Virus record (IMG/VR): IMGVR_UViG_3300044617_000796
Coordinates: 32,001 to 96,000 of that record
Direction: 5' to 3' (one strand)
Length of the DNA stretch: 64,000 nucleotides
Origin: a virus
The notes under the pieces: model-generated
What the model was told of the DNA's origin: nothing
Seen by the model: the letters and a program-made list of their open reading frames with translations, nothing else
The model's database searches: none
Program-made: the position numbers and the translations under genes
Shown here: positions 27,942-35,511 of the stretch, piece by piece
Layout of the letters: every line of letters starts with the position of its first letter
Position numbering within the stretch: the first letter of the stretch is position 1

Positions 27942-28177
27942 GCCCGCAATTACTGGAGACTATCCTCCACGCCGTAGCAGACCTACGGATACCCAAGACT
28001 GACGGGGTAATCATTGAGGCTCTCAAGATACCCCGTGAGATATTCCAGCAAGACGGTGTAGAGTGCCGTAAATACAAGCGGAGTGTTGAGCATCAGATAC
28101 GCACTCACCCCGCTATCAAGCCAGTACTTGTCTGGTGGACAGTACACGGTGACTGCTACTTGACAAGAGCAGACTGA
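27938..28177 (+). CDS. Cassette 4 gene b, hypothetical
   Basis: ATGA overlap; ends just before the terminator. Confidence 0.6.
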   Translation: MSPQLLETILHAVADLRIPKTDGVIIEALKIPREIFQQDGVECRKYKRSVEHQIRTHPAIKPVLVWWTVHGDCYLTRAD

Positions 28178-28182
28178 AACTT

Positions 28183-28216
28183 CCCCCTCGTGCCTTCGGG
28201 TGCGAGGGGGTTTTTT
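28183..28216 (+). terminator. Cassette 4 terminator
   Basis: 12-bp stem, cTTCGg loop, T6. Confidence 0.9.
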
Positions 28217-28356
28217 CATGTCCAACACCAGTCTTTCCGTATGCCATTGCCCATTGTCTTGAATACACATTCTCATACGAAAAAAAGAATGGTGTACGGA
28301 GCTGCTTCAGCAAAAGCTTTGTGCACCAGCCGAAGGGGTACACACTCTCAACTACA

Positions 28357-28388
28357 TTGAATACACATTTTTCATGATATGTTATGTT
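28357..28388 (+). promoter_or_regulatory. Cassette 5 promoter (TGT-TATGTT)
   Basis: Box B + 20 nt + -10. Confidence 0.7.
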
Positions 28389-28435
28389 TATTCATGTCAG
28401 CGATTATCCTAACCCCGCTGGCAAGGAGAAAGCAA

Positions 28436-28693
28436 ATGAAACGAGTACCTAAAGGCTCTGTCAAGGTAATGAAGCGTGGGCGCAGTAAGTTCCATGACCC
28501 GTACCTTGCCAAGTGCGTCAAGGCAGTAAGCAACACTTATGATATTGTTGCAACACAAAGGGCAGTACCGAACACGATAGCCAACAAAAACCGTGTTCGT
28601 TCCCGCATTATGAGCCTTGCAGGAAACAAAAAACTTGGCGTGAATTGGTACGCTGAGGGCAAACTTGTAGTGCCAGTAATCACCAAGAAATAA
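28436..28693 (+). CDS. Cassette 5 gene, basic RGR-motif protein (paralog of cassette 7 and 8 genes)
   Basis: SD AAGGAG; KRGRSKFHD...GVNWYAEGKLVV. Confidence 0.7.
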   Translation: MKRVPKGSVKVMKRGRSKFHDPYLAKCVKAVSNTYDIVATQRAVPNTIANKNRVRSRIMSLAGNKKLGVNWYAEGKLVVPVITKK

Positions 28694-28709
28694 GGTCGCT
28701 TCTCCAGCG

Positions 28710-28743
28710 AACCCCCAAGCCTACGGGCTTGGGGGTTTTTTTT
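28710..28743 (+). terminator. Cassette 5 terminator
   Basis: 12-bp stem, cTACGg loop, T-tract. Confidence 0.9.
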
Positions 28744-28884
28744 GTGCCTGAACGCCAGCGCCATAGCAAAGTCATAACCAGTTGGTTGAGCACATGTTCT
28801 CTCTCTTGATATGTCGTTGGCGTGCGGATTGGGTTTACCAAACAATTTGAACGACAACGAAAAGGGTACAGGGTCTCAACGGCA

Positions 28885-28916
28885 TTGAATACACATTTTT
28901 GATGACATGGTATGTT
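28885..28916 (+). promoter_or_regulatory. Cassette 6 promoter (TGG-TATGTT)
   Basis: Box B + 20 nt + -10. Confidence 0.7.
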
Positions 28917-28962
28917 TATAGATGTCAAGGACATTCCATACCCCCTTGACAAGGAGATAGCA

Positions 28963-29229
28963 ATGACACACCTACCCGAACACCCAAGAGCACTCACGAT
29001 TGCTCATGAGGATGTTGTCAAAGTTGCCTTGCAACTGAAAGACAACCTCATCACCAGAGGCGAGATGAATGCTCAGATGCTCAGCATTGTGGTTGGCATG
29101 AAAGTTGCCCTGCGCCAAGAGTTCATTGGCGAAGTGCAGGACAAGTTGAGCGACATTGAGCAACTGTTCACAGATGTTCAAGGCTCAATTGAGGAAATGG
29201 ATTACCTCACACTCTTCCAACCAGAGTGA
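28963..29229 (+). CDS. Cassette 6 gene, acidic helical hypothetical protein
   Basis: SD AAGGAG before ATG 28963. Confidence 0.65.
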   Translation: MTHLPEHPRALTIAHEDVVKVALQLKDNLITRGEMNAQMLSIVVGMKVALRQEFIGEVQDKLSDIEQLFTDVQGSIEEMDYLTLFQPE

Positions 29230-29244
29230 TTGTTCCTTCCCCCG

Positions 29245-29279
29245 CTCCCCTCGCCTTCGGGCGGGGGGAGTTTTTTTTT
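29245..29279 (+). terminator. Cassette 6 terminator
   Basis: 11-bp stem, cTTCGg loop, T9. Confidence 0.9.
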
Positions 29280-29418
29280 GCCTGAACTCCAACTTTTCCC
29301 ATATGCCATGTCTCTTTGCTTGAGTACACATTCTCACACTGGAAAAAAAGCTGGTGGGCGGATCTGCTTTAGCAAAAGATTTGCACTCCAGCCAATGAGG
29401 AAGCGAAACGAAACCAGG

Positions 29419-29450
29419 TTGAATACATATTTTTAGCGTAATGCTATATT
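29419..29450 (+). promoter_or_regulatory. Cassette 7 promoter (TGC-TATATT)
   Basis: Box B + 20 nt + -10. Confidence 0.7.
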
Positions 29451-29516
29451 TATCTCATGCCAAAGCGATTAGGCTGAGGCAACACACTGCGGTGTGTATA
29501 ACCAAGGAGATAAGCA

Positions 29517-29828
29517 ATGCCAAAGGTAAACCTAAGCGACCTCAAAGGTCAGTTATCATCTCGTGGGCGAGCCCCGTATGACAACCCTGAACTTGAGGCT
29601 GAAATCAAGAGCCTTGACCCAGCCATTGATGGTGATGCAACCATCTATGAGGGCAGTCAAGGAGACCCATCAAGCGAGGACTACACGAACCACAAAGCAA
29701 TGTGGCGTGGGCGTGCCGAGACAATTGCCGACAAGAACGGCATTGCCATCAGCGTGCAGTGGCTCACCACTGGTCAGATGGTTATCTCGCTTGCCAAGCC
29801 TGCAAAGGGCAAGAGCAAGCGCAAGTAA
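29517..29828 (+). CDS. Cassette 7 gene, RGR-motif protein
   Basis: SD AAGGAG; close paralog of 30149-30454. Confidence 0.75.
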   Translation: MPKVNLSDLKGQLSSRGRAPYDNPELEAEIKSLDPAIDGDATIYEGSQGDPSSEDYTNHKAMWRGRAETIADKNGIAISVQWLTTGQMVISLAKPAKGKSKRK

Positions 29829-29850
29829 CCGCATCTCCTGCGGTTAGTAT

Positions 29851-29885
29851 AGAACCCCCGTACTTCGGTACGGGGGTTCTTTTTT
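29851..29885 (+). terminator. Cassette 7 terminator
   Basis: 13-bp perfect stem, cTTCGg loop, T-tract. Confidence 0.92.
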
Positions 29886-30050
29886 GCTGGCGTTCATCCC
29901 GTGCTGAAGCACAATGAACGCCAGCTTTGCGACACATGCCATTCTCTCATTTTTAGTACAGATTCTCAATCCCATTCCCTGGCGGGCGTGCGATTGCGCT
30001 TTAGCGATGCAATTGCACACCCGCTGTTGGGGTACCAATACGAAACCGAA

Positions 30051-30082
30051 TTGAATACATATTTTCACCATAATGGTATGTT
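30051..30082 (+). promoter_or_regulatory. Cassette 8 promoter (TGG-TATGTT)
   Basis: Box B + 20 nt + -10. Confidence 0.7.
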
Positions 30083-30148
30083 TATTTATGTCAAAGGCAA
30101 TACCGCCGAGACACACTCATACCGAGTGTTGAACATGGGAGAATACCT

Positions 30149-30454
30149 ATGGCAAAGATAAACCTCAATGACTTGCAAGGCATGCTGTCCAAGCGTGGGC
30201 GTGAGGCGTTCCACGATGAGACACTACAAGCCGAGATTGTTAGCCTTGACCCAAAGGTTGAGGGTGACGCATTCATTTGGGATGACGCACAGGGTAATCC
30301 AAACGATGAGGATTACACAAACCACAAGGCTAAGTATCGTGGTCGTGTTGAAACCATTGCAGAGCGCAACAATGTCGCTGTGTCCGTTCAATGGACTACA
30401 GACGGGCGTTGCGTAGTCTCACTCGCCAAGCCTGCCAAAGGCAAGCGCAAGTAA
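30149..30454 (+). CDS. Cassette 8 gene, RGR-motif protein
   Basis: SD GGGAG; paralog of 29517-29828. Confidence 0.75.
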   Translation: MAKINLNDLQGMLSKRGREAFHDETLQAEIVSLDPKVEGDAFIWDDAQGNPNDEDYTNHKAKYRGRVETIAERNNVAVSVQWTTDGRCVVSLAKPAKGKRK

Positions 30455-30475
30455 CCCTTACCCCGTAAGGCGTGT

Positions 30476-30510
30476 AGAAGCCCCGTACTTCGGTACGGGG
30501 CTTCTTTTTT
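30476..30510 (+). terminator. Cassette 8 terminator
   Basis: 13-bp perfect stem with a compensatory change relative to cassette 7, cTTCGg loop, T-tract. Confidence 0.92.
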
Positions 30511-31330
30511 GCTGGTGTTCATCCCGTGCTAAAGCACAATGAACACCAGTTATCAGAAGGCTTATCGTTACCATTTTTAATATACATATTCCTAATCATA
30601 AAGATGGCGGGTGTCCCAAAAAGAAATGCATTTGTTTTTGTACACCCGCAAAATATAATTAATTTATCGCTTAACTTTATTACATATTTCTAATCATAAC
30701 TATAAGATTACATATGGCTTTCAAAATGTATTCCAAAATCTCATAGATAAATACTTATCTAAGGGAGGAAGGTAAAAGTTTACGCACATTTTATTTTTGT
30801 TAATCAAATGGGCTGGGAAAGACTTAGCCTGTCTCTCTACCTATCGCCTCAGATTACATCAGTGTAATCAAACACTTATACTATTCCTAAATCTATGCAT
30901 CAACCCGTCATTATTCTGGGTCATCAATCGGTTATAGTATTACGCCCCTATATAGTCTAAAAGAGGGGGAATATGTTTGTATTATTCTTATAGATACCCA
31001 GTAATAGGGTATTTACATAGGGGAATCTAAATAGATCTCAATATCTGAGCTTTTTTGCCCAATTGTTGACCATTTTGGTAGTATTTCTATTAAAAATATT
31101 ATTAATTAGTGAAAAAAAGACAAAAAAAACACCCAAAAATAAGCTTATTTTAAGCCTATAAATGGGTGTTTTCCTTATGTACTATGTGATATATCAGCTA
31201 TATATTATTGATACATCTATGATATGCCTATGATATGAACTCCTGCTATATAGAATATATCTTATACATATTGGAGCGTGTCTCTCTCATACGCTAATGG
31301 TTTTTGACACTTATTTTCTATCAATTCAAA

Positions 31331-31702
31331 TTAGTTAGAAGTATCTTTATATCTAAATGGAATCACATTATCTGGAAGTTCTGGTTTCCAGTCTGCTGTA
31401 TCATGTCTATGAGGATAGTCTTCACTATCTTCATTCTTTAATCTATTACCATAGGCTGGATGATTGTCTAATATCTCATCAATATCATCAGCCCGCCTTT
31501 TAAAATACTCTTTCATATACCCTAGGGATATGAGAGACATTTCAATTTCAGCTAATCTATTGATATCATCAGTCTCTGGCTTTAGTCTTTCCATAAAGTC
31601 TAGGATATTCTCTACCCCAATCTTTAAAGCAAAGACTTCCATCCAAGAACCCCAATATTCATTTGGTTCATTATCGTCATGGAAATTGTTTTTGTTAGAC
31701 AT
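31331..31702 (-). CDS. Hypothetical protein (C-terminal NVIPF motif)
   Basis: Last ORF of the minus-strand block; SD GGAG. Confidence 0.55.
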   Translation of the reverse strand: MSNKNNFHDDNEPNEYWGSWMEVFALKIGVENILDFMERLKPETDDINRLAEIEMSLISLGYMKEYFKRRADDIDEILDNHPAYGNRLKNEDSEDYPHRHDTADWKPELPDNVIPFRYKDTSN

Positions 31703-31901
31703 TACTCTCCATCCTCTCTATTTTAATCTTGAGGTCTAGAAACCTCATTGTTTTTCTATTTATTACTTTATCAAAGAAAACGAGCATCGCTTCATTTTTC
31801 CCATAATCCTTAGATAGATCTTCCATTTTAAACTCTATTTCTTGTATTTCTAAGGCTAGGATGAGCAATTCTTTTTGCATTTCTTCTACCTGGTTAGTCA
31901 T
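31695..31901 (-). CDS. Hypothetical protein
   Basis: Overlapping ORF. Confidence 0.45.
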   Translation of the reverse strand: MTNQVEEMQKELLILALEIQEIEFKMEDLSKDYGKNEAMLVFFDKVINRKTMRFLDLKIKIERMESNV

Positions 31902-32344
31902 TATTTTTCGTCACCTTCCCGCTTTTTTCCATATATATAAAGAGCTATTCCAATGCCAAAGGTTAGGCTATATACAATAGTCCAACCTACTATTAATGTT
32001 TGGTACATTACCTATTCCAATACCTTTCTTCTTTATCCTGACCGCCATAGCCACGATGATTATCAACACTATGCTTTGCAATTAAATTAACGACAATACC
32101 TAAAGCAATGAAAACACCTATGATTATAGCCATCGTTATCCCTCACAATCATGACCATAAGCCATGTCCTCTTCACCTAACATTTTGTCACATTCAAAGC
32201 AAATATCATAAAACAATTCCCCTGTTTCTGGGTCTTGTAATGCTTTAACTGCGTCTATTTTTACCTTTGTCATTCGGTCTTTATTTTCTTGATATTTCAT
32301 ATTTTATCCTTAGTATTATTTGTGGTTTATATTAGGTCTAATAA

Positions 32345-32932
32345 TTATACTATTTCTTCCATTATCTTAATAAATGCAGGATAGTAATCAGTTGCAATGA
32401 AGCGATTACTTTCTTCTCTCAATGCAGTTCTAAAGTCATATCCAGTTACAAAATCTTTCATGACATCTTCCTGAAATTTTACAACTTTTGGATAAATCTC
32501 TTCTTTTAAGAACCAGTTACCGTATTCTTCTCGGTACTCAATAAGATCAAACTTTCCGTTCTCATCAAAGTATTTCTCCATAATTGGGTAAAGTGTTTCC
32601 AATCTTTCAAAATGGATATCATGAATTCTTTGAGCTATTCCTAGCATCAAAACACTTCTTACATCCATATTCCAATCAGGGTTAGACTGAGCAACAACAT
32701 CAATAACATCACTACTGCTTGCTGGTCTATCTTCAATTTCATAATCATAAAGATCGGGGTCAATGATTTGACCTACTGCACACTTATAACCAAAGTCATT
32801 AAAATATGCACAAGACCCTATTTCTTCTTCAAGTTCACCAGTCCATTCACTTTCGTAAGTTTTATAACTAGGCTTACCCTGTTGAATTAGCTTTTCTTTA
32901 ATTTTTAAAAGGATATCTTTATCTGTTACCAT
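32345..32932 (-). CDS. Hypothetical protein (KCAVG family; paralog of 37427-37819)
   Basis: L..Q.K.S...C.Y....G..CAVG..I motif. Confidence 0.6.
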   Translation of the reverse strand: MVTDKDILLKIKEKLIQQGKPSYKTYESEWTGELEEEIGSCAYFNDFGYKCAVGQIIDPDLYDYEIEDRPASSSDVIDVVAQSNPDWNMDVRSVLMLGIAQRIHDIHFERLETLYPIMEKYFDENGKFDLIEYREEYGNWFLKEEIYPKVVKFQEDVMKDFVTGYDFRTALREESNRFIATDYYPAFIKIMEEIV

Positions 32933-32937
32933 TTTAA

Positions 32938-33273
32938 TTATGCCTTCGCTTTCTCTTTGACTAGGATACTGATAGCGTGATTCTTCCTCAGATAGTCTTC
33001 CACTTCGGATAGATTAAATTGACTCTCATGGATATTGCAAACATGACCGTTGTTATATCGGCTAAGGATAGTGCTGCAGTGAACATGGGCACATACTTTT
33101 GTATTTAACTTATCCCTATCAATGTTCATTTCAGCAAGAAAAGAATTAACTCTGTTTAGTTGCCTTTCTCTTCTTTTCTTGTTATATTCAGTAATAAGCT
33201 GAGGATCGCCCTTTGCTTTCTCATATTCGCCATTTACTCTTTTCTTCTTTGGACTAGTCATTTCTCCATGCAC
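32938..33273 (-). CDS. Protein with C4-type zinc finger (C....C.T.LSRYN....C..H)
   Basis: Motif shared with 58454-58762. Confidence 0.55.
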   Translation of the reverse strand: MHGEMTSPKKKRVNGEYEKAKGDPQLITEYNKKRRERQLNRVNSFLAEMNIDRDKLNTKVCAHVHCSTILSRYNNGHVCNIHESQFNLSEVEDYLRKNHAISILVKEKAKA

Positions 33274-33375
33274 CTTTCCCTTTTGATTCTTTTCTAATTT
33301 TTAAATTAATTAAAATAATAAAAGCAATGCCAACAGTGTAAACAATGCCAATGATATTATCAATACTCATATTAT

Positions 33376-33612
33376 TTACTTTCCTTCCATATCTTCTGGA
33401 AGTGGTGGTAATATGTAATAAGATTGCTCATCTTTAAAACCAAAGAAAGCACCAGGTCCATTACCTTCTTCATCTTGTGAAGCATAAATAAAAGAACCAT
33501 CATCTAAAACAATAGAAACTCCAAAATGAGGACTATCATCCCAACCTTCTTTTTCTCTAAGGTCATCGCTTAATCTTACAACTCCGACTATCTTTCTGCC
33601 TATTAAATTCAT
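33376..33612 (-). CDS. Hypothetical protein (SQDEEGNGPG motif)
   Basis: ORF with SD GAGG. Confidence 0.55.
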   Translation of the reverse strand: MNLIGRKIVGVVRLSDDLREKEGWDDSPHFGVSIVLDDGSFIYASQDEEGNGPGAFFGFKDEQSYYILPPLPEDMEGK

Positions 33613-33638
33613 TTTTTTGCCTCTTCCATTTCTTGTTG

Positions 33639-34682
33639 TTATTTCTTGAATTTTACTTTTGCTTCCGTAATATCATCAACACCAATAATATTATTTGTTG
33701 AAGATGCTTTAATTTCAGCCATTCTTAGTTCATGTCTATCTCTACCTTGTAAAATAGGCATTATGTAATTTAAAACTTGATCAGTGTTTTTTGCAGTGAT
33801 TTTTTGTTGTTCAAGATTAAATTCACGCTCATCTTTTAATTGACTATCAGTATATCCAAGTCTGTCTTTAAGAACATCGTGATCAATTTTCTTTAAGGCT
33901 TGTTCGTGTTCGTTGTCTAGTTTTGTTTTAGCAAGTTCTTTTAATTCATATTCACGAGCATTGCGTTCGTGTTCTTTGTCTGCTTTTTTTATTTTGAAAT
34001 TAAGCATTTGTTGTATTAGTGTACAAATAAACGCCATTGCTAGAATAGACATGATTATAATAAATTCAGATACTTTTAATCCAAACATAAGTGCTTGTTC
34101 CTTTTCTTGTTTTGGTGTTGTTGTTATTGTTTTTGGCACAACAATTTTCTTTTCTTTTACAATTGTTGTTGTTTCTGGGATTGTTGTTATTGTTTTTGGC
34201 ACAACAATTTTCTTTTCTTTTACAATTGTTGTTGTTTCTGGGATTGTTGTTGTGTTGAAAGCAAGATAATTATTTGTATAATGCAATATTAGACCATTAT
34301 CCCATTTGGTTCCAAGTGAATTAGGTCTAGTATCGGTCCATGTCCATTTCATGGATGAAGATTCCATTAATGCGTGAACCCAAAATACTTCCATTTTTCC
34401 AGCAGGGAGATTAAAAACATAATCAGTTTGATTTGGGTAAATTGTTATCCAAACTTTTGTTTCATCAGGTCCTTTACAGTTATTAGCTACGCAAATTCTA
34501 TATTCTTTAACATCAGGAATAGTTTCCCAAGATATTTTAATTTGTTCAGCATTAATAGATTCAATAGTTACTTTAAATGAAGTTTTCATTCCTGTTGAAT
34601 CAGCAAAAGCTGCTGTAGAAAATAACAATCCAATAAAAGAAAAGATAATAGGTACAAATATTTTTATATTATTAAATTTCAT
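33639..34682 (-). CDS. Membrane protein: signal peptide, FN3-like beta domain, Thr-rich repeat, TM, coiled coil
   Basis: Hydrophobic N-terminus ending AAFA; 20-aa duplication; FIIIMSILAMAFICTLI TM. Confidence 0.6.
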   Translation of the reverse strand: MKFNNIKIFVPIIFSFIGLLFSTAAFADSTGMKTSFKVTIESINAEQIKISWETIPDVKEYRICVANNCKGPDETKVWITIYPNQTDYVFNLPAGKMEVFWVHALMESSSMKWTWTDTRPNSLGTKWDNGLILHYTNNYLAFNTTTIPETTTIVKEKKIVVPKTITTIPETTTIVKEKKIVVPKTITTTPKQEKEQALMFGLKVSEFIIIMSILAMAFICTLIQQMLNFKIKKADKEHERNAREYELKELAKTKLDNEHEQALKKIDHDVLKDRLGYTDSQLKDEREFNLEQQKITAKNTDQVLNYIMPILQGRDRHELRMAEIKASSTNNIIGVDDITEAKVKFKK

Positions 34683-34885
34683 TACTTATTTTCTTTTAGG
34701 TGGTCTTTATATTCTAAATGTATCATTTTCCAGTATTTCTTTAATTCTGCATTTGTAGCTTCAGATGAATCTATGCCATTAGATACAGTATGCTGAAAAT
34801 CTAAAAGAATTTCAGCATAATCATCATCACATCCAAGTGCATCTTTTACCATACTTCTCCAATAGGCTGGGTATTTATTTTTCAT
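34682..34885 (-). CDS. Hypothetical protein
   Basis: Overlapping ORF. Confidence 0.5.
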   Translation of the reverse strand: MKNKYPAYWRSMVKDALGCDDDYAEILLDFQHTVSNGIDSSEATNAELKKYWKMIHLEYKDHLKENK

Positions 34886-35511
34886 GATATTACTGCTTCC
34901 TGTTCAATGTAATATGGTTCGTCATTTATATTAGCTAAACCAATTTCTCCATTCATAATTCTTGTAAGCACATCTACTGCTGTAAGATAATCAATGGTAC
35001 TAAAGTCAATAGTAAGTTCACTTTCCCACCAATCAATTCCTTCTTCATTAGCAGCATCCATTGAGCCATAATCTTCTAATTCCAAATCGTACCTTTCAGG
35101 CTCATTTTCCATTAGCCATTTCCAGATACAATTGCTATCGCCATAGTAAAGATTTTTACCTTCTTGATATGTTAAGCCCAAGAAATTATTTGATGTTTGT
35201 TCAAATGCATTCATTTGATCAGAATGGTTGTCTACTGATAACCATTTTGGTGCTTTCCATTCACTAGCAATTGCTGTAGCAAATCCTGCAATACAACCCA
35301 TTGATGTACAATTGAAAATGTCTGTACCTTCATCAATACGATTGACTCTTGATGCTGGATACTGGCTTGCTAATCTATCATCTTCAAATACATATTGTTC
35401 AAATCTTTCATCATTAAGTTTGCCAATGAAAGCGGACATATTAAACTTCTTTTGTCCGTCAATCTTAATAGCATCAATTACTCTTTGCATGTTTTCTTTA
35501 TTCATTTTCAA
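34882..35511 (-). CDS. Hypothetical protein (C.SMGCIAG motif)
   Basis: 209-aa overlapping ORF. Confidence 0.6.
   Translation of the reverse strand: MKMNKENMQRVIDAIKIDGQKKFNMSAFIGKLNDERFEQYVFEDDRLASQYPASRVNRIDEGTDIFNCTSMGCIAGFATAIASEWKAPKWLSVDNHSDQMNAFEQTSNNFLGLTYQEGKNLYYGDSNCIWKWLMENEPERYDLELEDYGSMDAANEEGIDWWESELTIDFSTIDYLTAVDVLTRIMNGEIGLANINDEPYYIEQEAVIS

Larger units (their letters stand above)
25906..30710 (+). repeat. Array of nine ~210-bp related intergenic elements separating eight gene cassettes
   Basis: Box B (TTKAATACAYATTTT) at 26048, 26632, 27183, 27644, 28357, 28885, 29419, 30051 and degenerate at 30676; box A 98-100 bp upstream in elements 2-9; hairpin between the boxes. Confidence 0.93.

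Noticed and set aside
26066-30276. Minus-strand and promoter-spanning ORFs across the array (e.g. 26727-27080, 27198-27566, 27581-27796, 29901-30161)
   Set aside because: They cross terminators and repeat elements and lack SD sites; the plus-strand ORFs with SD fit the cassette pattern
29517-30454. Paralog pair as DGR template and variable repeat
   Set aside because: Differences are not adenine-specific, both are intact genes, and no reverse transcriptase is in the window
25950-30620. Elements 1 and 9 as two halves of one split site (attL/attR)
   Set aside because: Element 9 still has both hairpin arms and a degenerate box B, so it is decayed rather than halved
25906-30710. Array as CRISPR or a classical integron
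   Set aside because: Repeats are long and degenerate and the inserts are whole genes with their own promoters; no cas1/cas2, no intI and no consistent RYYYAAC/GTTRRRY attC boxes seen
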